Below are positions 1 to 33,400 of a stretch of DNA of 64,000 nucleotides, in pieces. The stretch comes from Octopus vulgaris (lineage: Eukaryota), in the NCBI GenBank assembly GCA_951406725.2, contig OX597830.1:22258001-22322000 (forward strand). The letters run 5' to 3'. The first letter of the stretch is position 1, and the number at the start of each line of letters is the position of its first letter. The notes under the pieces were generated by a model. That model ran no database searches and was not told the origin of the DNA. It saw only the letters and a list, made by a program, of their open reading frames with translations. The position numbers were made by a program, and so were the translations under genes.

Positions 1-20971
<20,971 letters not shown>

Positions 20972-21273
20972 ATGGACATATGCAAGAGCCTAGTTTTGAT
21001 ATTTATATTATTGGGTCTATATGAAATCCAAATTGAGGATTGAGGTGTGAAAGTCATGTTGATGTGTTTGATTTTGGAGTGGCAGATGGAATTTCAGACA
21101 GACTATAAAACTCTGCCCTACAGCCATACATCACCCACGTCTTTCATTCCAGTTGCCACCTGGTGCTTGGTTCTTGGACATTCAGTCATATTTCTGTCCT
21201 TCCATATTTTTACACACAGTCATGCACACACACACACATATATATATATATATTTATATAGAGAAGACCAACC

Positions 21274-21324
21274 AATAAAGAAGTGGAAAGAGACCACATG
21301 GAAATTAATATATGGAGAAATAAA
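21274..21324 (+). terminator. Paired AATAAA poly(A) signals, copy 1
   Basis: AATAAA at 21274 and 21319, both conserved in copy 2 (54213, 54253), T-rich downstream. Confidence 0.55.
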
Positions 21325-21589
21325 ATTTTATTCACTATAAAACACTTGTAAGGTATTATATTTGTCATTTTTATTCATTCTGTATGTATTCCTCATGCCT
21401 TTCTTTCAATATATTTCTTCTTTACCTCCTCTGGCTTTGCCATGTCACTCTTTTATCTATCCTCTTTCTCACTCTCTTTCAACATGTCACAGTTTTGTTT
21501 ACCTTGAAGCTTCTGGCAGAACAGTCAAAATGTTTGTTTTTGCTATCGACCTAATTTTGACAACTTTTGCTTGACTTAATTTCCACAAA

Positions 21590-22010
21590 AAGTTCATTCA
21601 CTCAAAGAGATTGTTTCTGTGGTGACCTCTTTTGGAATTGCTGCAACTTTGCTCACAGGTGGCAGGACCTGTTGTTTTTGCTATCAGCTGTTACTGAACC
21701 TTGCACACAATGACACTCCTGTATGCAATATTGGCAGATGATTTAGAAAAGTAGGGATCCTGAAGTAGACCTAACTAAAAGTATGAGTGCATGATGTCTC
21801 CCAGACTTGCATTTGAGGCTGTCAATCATACCTTACAAGCTCACAGAAGTAACACCCACATCATATATAAAATTGTTCTCCAGTTATTTGAGGCAGACTC
21901 AGACAATCATCTCGAATAATACATCTGCTGATGAGTGGAGAGGATGTCTCAAATAAACTTATATTTAAAGATAAGAGTAAAATTTTTTATTCCTACAAGC
22001 ATAAGAGCTG
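21590..22010 (+). mobile_element. Old Helitron PIF1-helicase remnant (homologous copy at ~54520-54910)
   Basis: GIAATLLTGGRT and ECMMSPRLAFEAVNHTLQ resemble Helitron helicase motifs; further piece at ~23310-23510 (LKPHVIEAPILTGCTKE). Confidence 0.65.
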
Positions 22011-22306
22011 CATCAGCTACTAACTGACCCTGAGAATAGAATTGTGGGAATATAAACAAAATCAAAAATTTGTTACACAATCATCAACATTTTAAGAAAT
22101 ACTATTAAATATTTAGTCTAGCTTCTTGCAAAATTATAGAAACTAAGGGTGGCTTTTTGAAATATCCATCCTAACTCCAAAAACTTACATTGTGCAGGGT
22201 ATTCTGCCATTATTCAACAGATACAGTCCAGTCCAAGGTGTACAACTCAGTTTATACAGTCATCATCATCATCATCATTTAATATCTTTTTATTATGTTG
22301 GCATGA

Positions 22307-22732
22307 ATTGTGTTATGACAAGAGTCATTGACACCCCTGGTGGATTGGAGAATGGACTAGCCGAACTCTTATAAAGAGTAGTAGTGGGGAGTGTTTTGGT
22401 AGACTCATGAAGTACCTCGTTTGAACACATTGATTAAACCTCTGCTGCATAATTTTATATATTCCAAGCTGTAGCAGGATATGAAAGATACATACACACA
22501 AGCAAATAAATGAAAATTTTAAAAAGATTCCTTTATTTGCTTGTGTGTATGTATCCTTTATATCCTGCCACAGGTGGTATATATAAAATTATGCAGCAGA
22601 GGTTTAATCAATGTGTTCAAAGGATGTACTTCCTGAGTCTACCAAAACTCTCTCCCCACTACTATTTATAAGAGTTCGGCTAGTCCATTCTCCAATCCGC
22701 CAGGTGTGTTGATGACTCTCACCACAACAAAT
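22307..22732. repeat. ~425-bp near-perfect palindrome (foldback element) nested in a SINE
   Basis: ~200-bp arms, e.g. ggattggagaatggactagccgaactcttataaa / tttataagagttcggctagtccattctccaatcc; centre ~22520. Confidence 0.9.
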
Positions 22733-25700
22733 TGCATGGTTTGAAAGTATCTGATAAGCTGTCAGGCTCCAATTTTATCTTGGGTGTGGTTTGTATGGCT
22801 GGGTGCCCTTCTTCATGGCAACCACTTTACAGAGTGTACTGGGTGCTTTTCTTGCGACATTGGCATGAGTGTGGTCACCAAAGAACTTACAAAAGAAAGG
22901 GAAAATCCCCCTTGACTGTGTAGGAGTGTGTTTGAGCGGAGAGGTGGCTTTATGCCAGGTGTAGCAAACTTAAATATGATAGAAAGACAGGTACAAGGTC
23001 TCTTGCTGTAGAGGAAATAAATGGCTATCTCACATTATGCAAGGATGGGTGAGAGTTGCTGGGAGGAAGTCATAAAGATGTTGGTGACTGGATGCTAGAG
23101 CATACTCTCAAGATACAAGAAGATGAGTATAAGGGAAAATATAGACTGTGGATCAGAGATGGGGAAGTAAATGGTGGGTAATTTCATAAGAGTGTGGAAG
23201 GTGGGTAGAAACTGGACTAGAGGTGAATAGTTTTATGTAGTTTAGTTTAATGATGCTGCTGACTGACACAGCTTTTCAATTCTCTTCAACCCACTGATGT
23301 CTTTCATGATATTCAAATGAAATTAGAATCATCCAGTATGGTGTTAACAAATTTGATAACAAAGCTAATAAAACGAGATTACCTGTCAAAAACTCTTAAG
23401 CCCCATGTGATTGAAGCTCCCATTCTGACTGGTTGTACTAAGGAAGGTGTTTCCATTCTACTCATTTCCGATCCGATATGCTTTTTTAACTTTAACACGA
23501 AGTCAAATTGAAGTTTGAACATAGAGAAGTCCAAGAACAACAATTTTAGTGTCTTTAAGAACTGAAAATAACTGGGCCTTAATCTTTGGCAGATCACATC
23601 AAGAGTTTCTTGTGTTTGATGGGAAAAGAAATGACCATTTTGACACAGTATTGAAGCTTGAGTGCTGGTTGTTATGATTACAAGTAAGTTTGCCACGATC
23701 AAATATCAGGAGGGTTCACTGCCCTCAATTCAGCATGAAGAGAGTTCACTGTGAGGTAAGTTTACTGAGAAAATACATCCATAGTATCTCACCATTAATA
23801 TTAAAAACTATTTTAGTAACAATAAATTGTGAATTGGTGGTGAACTTGCCCTGTGGTGAATTGATGACGGTGAACTTACTGGACATTGGTTGTTATGCTG
23901 TTGAGGTTTTAGGATGACAGTTGAAGGTTTGTTTCCAAATTTGCATGTAGTAACTGAAATGGAGTAAAATCTGGAAAGAACTAAATGATGATAGCTGGCT
24001 GTTTTTTGAGAGTTGTACTGATGTCAGCTGTTCTAAAAAAAAAGAGTGTGAAAGTGTTTCTCCAAACCAACTTGTAGTCTAGCAGTCTACTGAGGCAACT
24101 CTGATTTGTTGGCTAAAATCTCTGTTTATTCATAGTTCTTCTTTGTGCAAGTTAGGTATCAAAACAATAAACTGAAAATAGTGCCAACTAGTCAAAAAGT
24201 TATTTATAAGGCATGATCCATCCCCAAAAGCAACCCATTCCAGAAGAAAGCAGGTTGATTGGCTGAAAATAGCTAAGAAAACGAACCATTCATGTGACGG
24301 TTTTTACTATTATTCACTATGTCTGCTACAAATTCAGTTTTCTTTAAGAGGGAAGAGTCTAATACTGGTTTCAAATTTTGGTACAAGGCCAGCAATTTTA
24401 GGGGTGGAGCAAATTGATAACATCGACCAGTGTTCAACTGGTACTTATTTGATCAACCCTGAAAAGATAAAAGGCTGAGTCAACCCCAGTGTAATTTGAA
24501 CTCAGAATGTAAAAACGGATGAAATACTTTAACGATTCTGCCAGCATGCTGCCTTGGGGAAGAATCTGATATTGTAGATCCTTTCTGTTCATCTGAGAGT
24601 GAAGCTGGAAGTATTGTGGTAGCCATTTAAAGCATATTTTCTCTTCTTTCTTTTTTCTACTTTCTGTCAAAGAACAAAATCCCAAAATGCTACATTCTTC
24701 ATTTCCCTTGTAAACTGAACTTATTACATTCCAAAAATGTTCATTTGAAAACAATTGTTGTTTAACCTGGAACATATTAATCTTTTCCTCCATGAACAGA
24801 TTTGAGCTAGACATAGAGTTGATCTTAGAGATTCAGAGGCCTAAATTAAGGACTTACAAGAAAATGGCATTTGGTGAGCTAGGCAAAAATCTACTCCAGG
24901 AAATGGCTTTTAGTGAGGGAATACCCATCAGCCATTGGAGTGATGTTGGGTACAGCAGACTCCATTAGGGTCAAGGATGATACAAATTGGGTTTGGAGGC
25001 TATCAGTTCCCTATTTTACATTGTACCATACATGTGAAGATTTTTTGCTTCTAAGATTTACAAACAAATTTTGTGAAAAAAGAATGCTGAACACAAAGAC
25101 CAGTGACTGTGAAAGCAATTGCTTTGTAAGACCATGTCAGCTTAGTTCAAACAGTTTCATGATAAATGGCATTCCCACCATGACCGTTCAAATTTTTTTA
25201 ACTGTATGTAAGATTACATTGAAATGATGGGGTTTGATTCGAGGGAGATTTGGCAGCTATTTCAAGCAGGCCAAATGACCACATAGAAACTCTAGCAATG
25301 AGTAGCTGTTTTACAGGAGATAGCAATTATTATCGTGAGTGTATATTACAGACTTGCTTTTGTAATACAAATTGTAAAAAGATGGCTGAGGAGTTGCACC
25401 AAGAGAGGAAGGTTTTCTGGTCTTTAGTGATAATGATCCTAATTGTTAGCATAACATAAAATTTACGAGGAGTCCGTGATAGATTGAAGTCTTACACTCG
25501 CTATACAAGGAGATGGGGTGCTGTAACTGCGAACAAGTTTGGATAAGTTCTTAGTCCACGAAACAGATCTTGCTGATATACACTCGAGAGGGAGAAGATG
25601 GATCTCTATCTTCTCCCACTAAACAGCTACAATTTCTTGTAATCAGTATGTACTCTACAGCACTACATCAGCATTATTTTTGTCTATATGAATTTCTCTT

Positions 25701-25772
25701 CAAATGCTTCACGTATACACACTAAATTGCGTTTAAAAATAGTTATTTTCATAAAAGTACTTTTACTTAGAT

Positions 25773-26320
25773 CAGGGGTTTTCAACCATATTTTATCTAT
25801 GGACCCCCTCTCATTACTGTTTTATTCTGGTGGGCCCCTATAGCTATTCAATGTTTAAAATAATAGAAATTTCTTTTAAAATTCCTATTTTGGTTTTCCT
25901 ATTAACTTGTGTAGGTCAAACTATGTAAAATGTTAGAGAAATAAACCTATCTGTTTCGGATCTTTTCACTTTGACCGGCAGATTTAAAAAATAATTTCTT
26001 TGTAACTAAACACTTTTAAACTTCTCATACAGGTACAATGTGTTACATAAAACATCTTTTTCACTTGGCTTTCTTGAGAAAATCCTGTAGTTTGTAAGCT
26101 ATTTGTTGTTAAATTTCTTGCATTTCGGCAATTTCAACCAATCAATGACGTCTATTGAGGTGAATACAATACATACCAATGCATACATCTAAATCAAAAA
26201 TTTCTTCAGGGGCCCTTTAAATATTATTGTGAATTCCAAAGTTGCTATTTTATTATGTGGACCCCCTAAAATTTTATATAGACCCTCAGAGGCAACATGG
26301 ATCCCGGTTGAGAACCACTG
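25773..26320. mobile_element. hAT-type MITE
   Basis: TIRs caggggttttcaacc / ggttgagaaccactg; exact 8-bp TSD acttagat at 25765-25772 and 26321-26328; empty site ~55915. Confidence 0.88.
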
Positions 26321-26699
26321 ACTTAGATCTTTTACTTACAATGCTGGGGCACTGTTTTGAAGGGTTTAGTGGCACAAATCAACCCCAGTGCATATTTTTT
26401 AAGGCCAGGCTCGTATTGAATCGCGGCTCTTTTTGCTGAACAATAAATTACAGGGGACGTAAACAAATGATCACCGGTTGTGAAGCTGTCGTAGACAAAC
26501 ACAAACATAATATCGATAAACGAAGGGCTTCCACGGTTTTCATTCACCAGATTCACTGAGTATTGGTCTCCTCCGGTGCTATAGTAGTAGACATTTGCCC
26601 AAGTGCAGCGCAGTAGGACTGAAACCCAGAACCACTTGGCTGTAAAGCAAGCTTCACAAAAAACCCCCCAAAAAATAGCTTTGTAGATTTTTCTTTCAA

Positions 26700-27056
26700 A
26701 ACAACTACAAAAAAGAGTCCATCGGAATGCACCTCAGTTATAACCCGTAACCTGTAAAGGAACTCTACCTTACGATTTTCAGAAACGCATTATAAGCAGC
26801 AAGAATGAGAAGACTGTTATAAAGCAGACGATCATTGCCATAACGATACATTTAATTTTGACACTTGTGCCATCTGGTGGCAACAACAAAAGAAGTAGCT
26901 TCAACGTCACCGCGAGAGAAGGGAGTTAACTGTTGTATAGAGATAAATATTAACACAGTATTGCGTCCTTAATAAGTTTCTGCTTCAACGTGAAGCCAGT
27001 GGGTCAACATCTCTCGTCGTTGACTTACGCACATAATAATAATAATACATCGTACC
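26700..27056 (+). promoter_or_regulatory. Promoter/5' region of copy 2, CpG-retaining, with CTCF-like motif at 26866-26884
   Basis: CpG dinucleotides are visibly common here but scarce in gene bodies; tgtgccatctggtggcaac is the reverse complement of gttgCCACCAGATGGCACa. Confidence 0.55.
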
Positions 27057-27192
27057 CTGGCTTGTGTCAGTGGTGACATCTCCAGTGACAAGTTAATAGA
27101 CTTAAGGTTTGTGGATCTTTGCAGTGGACTGGAAAAAACGAGGTCTGGACAAGACTGGAGTAAAGGCTGTGCTGTTGGAACGTCTGGAAAAG
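27057..27192 (+). pseudogene. SAFB: Decayed SAP-domain first exon of SAFB copy 2
   Basis: KLIDLRFVDLCSGLEK / RGLDKTGVKAVLLERLEK is a SAP motif split by one extra A in the A6 run 27133-27138; starts accCTGg at 27057 with an in-frame TGA at 27021 upstream; donor aag|gtagga at 27193. Confidence 0.8.
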
Positions 27193-27904
27193 GTAGGAGA
27201 GATCTTATAATCAGCGACGGTGTTTATATATAATATATATAAAGGCATAGCAGTACAATATGTATAATAATGTTTAGGTTTTTTGGACCGTCAAAACTCG
27301 TACAAAAATGTCGAACAGATCAAAATAAACATGCGAATATTGAAAGAAAATTAAGGTTTCGTTGTCGGAAAAAGTCATTGTAGCCATTTTAAACACAACA
27401 TGTAATGACTTGTTATTATTTTATAAAAGCATAATTGATTATTTATTATCAAGTATGAACATCCTTCGTTGTACATGTGTTGTTCCCTGTTCACCAGCAC
27501 CATTTCACTATTTACGGGAATCTAATGGAAATCCAGTGTCAGTGACTTAGTTGTAAACGGACGGCGAAAGACATGAGTAATGGCGGAGTTTCGAAACAAG
27601 TTCAACCACAGAAGTTGAATTTTCTCTCTTTCCGCCGGGATTTTTGAAAATTTCTGTTGCACCACGCATTTCAGAATGATGGAGCGGGGGAGCCTTTTAT
27701 AAAAATACATAGTTTGTTTTTAACGTTGTACTCTTGTATCCTCAGAACCATCACCATTAAAAAAAAAATTTTTTTAATTTCCCCCCTCATTATTATATTC
27801 CATATTTTGGCATACCGACTGAAGTGAGCCTCTCCCCCTCCGACGACTTTGTTTCCTCGTAAATTCAAGAGTAATGAATATTTTTCAATGAAATTTACTA
27901 CAGA

Positions 27905-28168
27905 TACTCTTCCGATGGTTACTATTTATTGTGAAAAGTAATTTTTCTGGGAATGGGAGGGGAGGAGTTTGGGAAAATTCACAGGAGTCCGCTTTGTTTT
28001 CTCATAGTAATTTATACTGTCTTCGTAGAAATTTTCATTAACAACAGATTTTTCTGCAATTTGTGAGAAAACAAAGCGGACTCCTGTGGATTTTCCCAAA
28101 ACTCCTCTCCTCCCATCCCTAGAAAAAAGACTTTTCACAATAAATAGTAATAACCACCAACGGAAGGG
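27905..28168. repeat. Inverted repeat (~100-bp arms), probably the core of a larger MITE ~27640-28440
   Basis: ttactatttattgtgaaaag..cacaggagtccgctttgttttctca / tgagaaaacaaagcggactcctgtg..cttttcacaataaatagtaa. Confidence 0.8.
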
Positions 28169-28539
28169 AATCTAGAAAATTTCGGCGGGCAAGGCGGTCC
28201 GCTATCACACCTCCTTCCGCTTTTTTATTTTTATTTTTTTCTACAGAAACCTATGCTTTCGGCTACAGAGATTCCGAATCTGAAAAAAAAATTAGCAAAA
28301 ATTTTAAAGCGTCACTTTTCCCCCGCCCTCCCCAGTTTCTTCATTTTTTAAAAAACTTTTTCAAATTTTTTTTCTTTTTTTGCGAAATACGTGAAAAAAT
28401 ACGCTGATTATGATTCTAAAAAATTTTTTTTCAATTTAAAAAAGAAAAAATTAACCAGCTAGTTCTGCTTTAATGTCAGATTTTCCTGTGATGCGATCAG
28501 CCTGGTGTGCTTCTGATCAGGTATTAGAAAATGTAGCAC

Positions 28540-29038
28540 CCACTGAGTAGTAGAAACCACTGTCATGCCAGTGCAGAATATTCTCAACTCTGTCATGGGA
28601 TATGCCAATATAGTCAGTCACCTGTCATCCATTAGCTTTTGGTGAACATGGTCAATGTTTTTGTTGGTGGTGCTAGTTGCAGGACATTTAGTTCTTAGGT
28701 CAACTTCAAGATTCTCCTTTCCTCTCCTAAATTCCGTTGCCCACTTTTGCACTCTTGATAAAGCTGGAATGTCATCCCCTAATGTAATAGCCATATCAGC
28801 ATGAATATACTTGGGGGAGCTAAACTCTTTATGTAGCACAATGCCAAATTTTGTCCATTTTCAACTGAAGTTACTATTAGTTACTCTTGAAGTCTTCTTT
28901 GAACAGTTAGTTATCAGTTTACCTGGAGAGAAACAATACAGTTATGAAAAACGAGAGTTGAAATTAATGCATACAATATTTCACTGCTCTTGTATCACTT
29001 CTTTATTGTCAGCCTATGAACTATGTCAGCTCACCCTC
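28540..29038 (-). mobile_element. mariner transposase 5' fragment
   Basis: IHADM..TLGDD.PALSRVQKWATEFRRGKENLE.D.R...PATSTT..NID.VH HTH region; TIR-like end at ~29038. Confidence 0.8.
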
Positions 29039-29579
29039 ACAATCCTGTCTCATAGCAAAATTCACAACCCATCTCCTCGAAAACCCTACCACCCATTGCA
29101 GGCCCCTCCAGTTTCTCTCAACATCATTTGTTATCTCTAAATAGCTCTCCTCACACTTTTATGATACATCTCCTCTATCTCTTCTAATCTACTTATCCTC
29201 CCCCTACAGTTTTCATTAATATTAATACATGTGTTTGTGTCCTCAGGCAAAATTTGCAACTTATGAGTGTAACTTTTGCCCAGGGAGGAAATGAACACAT
29301 ATTAATACTTCCCTTAAAATCTATGTATTTTGCAAATCATATTTGTAATATCCAATGGATGGAGAATACAACAACTAAAGCATGAGGTTTGGAGAAACGT
29401 ATGTAGCAATGCATTAAAAGATTTATTAATTCCCATCCAAAAGTTCTTGTTACTGGTATATTCATCCTCCATTACAGTGGCACCAGACTAAAAATCTTTC
29501 CAAAAAATTATTCTGGAAGATGGGATGAATAAACAGTAGCATAGGGGCTTTTCTAGGTGTACTCAAAAACATTTTACAT

Positions 29580-29817
29580 ATATGTATGTATGTGTCTATA
29601 TATATATTTGTCTATGTGTATGTTTGTCTATGTATGTATTTGTCTATGTATATGTTTGTCTATGTATATATTTGTCTATGTATATATTTGTCTATATATA
29701 TATTTGTCTATGTATATGTTTGTCTATGTATATGTTTGTCTATGTATATGTTTGTCTATGTATATATATATGTCTATGTATATATGTATATATATGTCTA
29801 TGTATGTATATATGTAG
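29580..29817. repeat. Minisatellite, ~16-bp unit tgtctatgtatatgtt
   Basis: Direct reading. Confidence 0.9.
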
Positions 29818-29892
29818 CTGAATTCTTAATTACATATCTGACCTGATATTCATTTTTGTTCCTCTTAATCACATGTTCTTATTATTTTTCAG

Positions 29893-29921
29893 AACATCTA
29901 GCTGCTTTGGTAAAAATTGAG
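29893..29921 (+). other. Candidate small 5' exon of copy 2 (HLAALVKIE)
   Basis: tttttcag|aacatc...attgag|gtgagg; phase 1-0 fits the next exon 30462-30513. Confidence 0.5.
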
Positions 29922-30482
29922 GTGAGGGTTGGTTTTTTAATGAAAATTTCTTTCTAACAGTTTTTTTTTGGACTTGTAATTATCTCAACTTAGTCTTGCT
30001 TAATAATTTCACTAAATTACATAAAATACCATTGAAGAATTTTGCCCCATTCTCATTCCATGCTGTTTCACAGCCAATGTTAGTTTGTTTACATCCCCAT
30101 AATGTTACAGTTTGGCAAATCACTCCAATACAATTAGTACAAGACTTAAAAATGTAAATACTAGGGGCAATTTGTTCAAATAAACCCATGGCTGAAATAA
30201 GTAAATATTAAAAGGTAGTTAATTGTATTAATCTGATTTCAAATAGAATTCACAGATGTTTTCTATCAGCATTTTTCTAAGAATACTTTCATTTCCTTCC
30301 TACATCAATTCTCCCCCCCCCTCTCTCACACACATCTCATTCTAATTACATATAAAAAATTATATTATGTGTCACTTTCTCTAGACATTTTAGCAGCCAT
30401 ACAGAATGTCATGTGTATGTGGACTTTTCTGTTGGTTAACTTGATATTTTGACAATTTTAGGCTTTCTGTGAAGAGAAATAA

Positions 30483-33400
30483 ATGGAAGAAAATCAATCT
30501 ACTGAAGATATTAGTAAGTATCAGAATTACATAACTAATGATACAAATTTTGTATATGTATTTATGTGTGTTAAGATTGTGTGTGTATATGTTATGTGGT
30601 GTGTGTTTCAAATTTTATTGTTGACTGATCACCTCTCTCTATGCCTCTACTTTTGCTTTCTATCCTCTTTTCTGAGCTATATCTTAAGATTGCCATACTT
30701 TACCTTTAATACCTTCTTGTATCTGCTATCATTGTCATACCGTCTCATATCATAACCCTCCCTACACCTTTGTCTCCCATTCTCTATAGCCACCGCTACA
30801 TACTTCTGACATTTATCTCTGTTGCTGTATATCCCCACTTTGTCGATCTGTTTCTCTCTCTTAAGCCCCTCTTTTAATACTGTCTTATTTTCTGGTCTGT
30901 CCACAGGTTTATTATACTGCTGCTTTCCACCTTTCTTGCACTGCCACTTGTCAACTCTTCCTTCCTGAGCCATTCCTATGTTTTCCACATTCCTTTCCCT
31001 TCTCCTACTGATATTTACAATCAACCACACCTCCAGCATTGTTCCTTTACTACATCCACCTCCACCCCACCCCTTCTCTAACCATCTTTTATCACTCTCA
31101 TTTCTCTTTATGATGAACATACCCACCCATCTGTCCTCGCCTTCTTTTATTTTGAGAGTACTCTCTGACACTTTGTCACTACCATCACTGTCTTCTTTCC
31201 ACTTACTCCCACCCATCCTTACATAATGTGGGGTAGCCATGTATTTTCTCTATAAGAAGACACCTGAGCCTGTCTCTCTATCATACTCTGGCCTCTCAAC
31301 ACCTGGCATAACTTCCAACTCTACTGCAATCCCATTCAATGCTGGGTTCTTTTCTTTTGTCTTCAAGTTACTTGGTAACCTCCCTAGTGTTGGTGTCATG
31401 GAAAAATTACCCAGTACACTCTGTAAAGTGGTTGGCATTTGGAATGGCATCCAAGATGTAGAGACCATGTCAGGGCTGACATTGTAACTTGACACAGTTC
31501 TCTGGTTCTGTTGGATCCTGTCAAACTGTTCAACCTACGCCAGCATCAGAGATGGATGTTAATTGGTGATGACACTGATGATAATTCTTGCAAGAATGTT
31601 AGTGGTAACACTGGGAGATGTATCAATCATGATAATTTTAGATTGTAAATAAATTAGATGTGTTGTTCTCCTTACCAAACTGTTTTGTTTCTGTCTACTG
31701 TGCTGACAAGTTCCACTTCCGACTGACAGTAATATATCTTATGGGCAAGAAGTGCATTAAAACTTTTCCTGCCAATGTCAAAGTGTTAATTGGATATAAA
31801 ACAGCAACTTATTTCATGTTCTTATTACTAGTTAATATATAATACAATGTTCTTGTATTCTGGTTTGTCTCACTGAATTTTAGACTGGTCAGATGCATGT
31901 AACAGCATTATGTAATGTAGTGTGATTAATTCACTGTTATGTCTTACACAGCTCTATCAGACTATTTTAGTCTGTGTTCAGATGTGTGTAATACAAGGGG
32001 GTGTGTATGTGTAACTGAATAATGTATAATCCTGAAATTACTGATGTGGTGTTGAAATATTTTTATTTCCAGAAAACGAACATACTACAATCAACATGGA
32101 TGAGGTTGGTGAATTTTTTCATATTTTTATGGATTAATTCTGTCTTGTATGTATTTTCCATTTATCACTGTTTAGCATACTATTTTTTGGGTGACGTTTG
32201 CCAGTTGTTATTTTGAAAAGAAATTCATAACTGGTTATTATTAAAATATTCATTCATTCATACTCTACTGTGATATGTTCAGTTGGTTCACTCTATTGTT
32301 AGAATGTAAATGTCACTTTGATGGGGCTATCCATGAAAAAACCCATTAAACTACACAAATTCATTCTGATTATTAATAACAGTAAAATCTCACAACTGAA
32401 AGGAGCTTTACCTGTCTCACAGCAATGATCACTGTGAATCTCAAACAAGTACCATTATTCTATAATAATACTATAAAGATCATTATAGTAATAAAGGAAT
32501 ACAGTAATAATTCAAGTATTCAAGAAGAATAAGATACTAAAGGATATTACAGTGAGCAAAGGTTAAGTATAGGATGGTTCAATGTTGAGGTGTAACAGAA
32601 ACCTGTTTTGTTTTCATTTTCAGAAAGAGTCAGAGACATCTAATGTGGCATTAACAGATGTCTTCTTAAACACCACCAATCCAGATGGATATTCTTTGCC
32701 CGCTGATAAAACTGTGGAAGACCTTTCTGAAGATCAACTGCTTTCAAGTGATACCAAACCATCAGATATGCTGGCAGATAACACCTTTGATAAAGACCAA
32801 TTTGAAGAAGAACTACCTATCTCTACCTTAGAATCAGACAAAGACACTTGTACTCTGCAGGTAATAAACATTTACTCCAGTTGTTGTTCTACTAACTAAA
32901 TTACACTACTTGATAATTAGTGTTTGATTTGTCTATTAACTTAATAATACATATGAAAATATTTCTTGTTGAGTCTGGTAATTACCTACATTCAACAGAG
33001 TTAACCAGCTATAAATTTCACAGATAATTCTTCAAACAAAAAACCTTTTGAGAACCAAATATCTTGTCACATTTACACAATTACATTAAATATAAAGAGA
33101 AGCAATGTAATACTACTGTATGTATTTTGTATCATCATTTGTTGCTGTTCCTCATGTCAGGTATTTTCTTTCTTTGCTTTTTAGGAAGAACCTGATGAAT
33201 CATTAATGGATACCACAGGTATGTCCTTCACATGTGGTAAATTTTAAAAAATTATCATCTTGTTGTATACTTTGGTTGACTTTACTCCAGCTGTTGAGTC
33301 CTTCTCTATCTTTCAGTGAATATAACAAAACACAACTCTAAATATAATATTCACACAGATTGTGATTTTCCAATGATATATATGTTGTTAATGAAGGTTT

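Noticed and set aside
30677-31240. 187-aa minus-strand ORF
   Set aside because: Lies in a CT-rich low-complexity tract that lacks stops by composition; no domain or splice support
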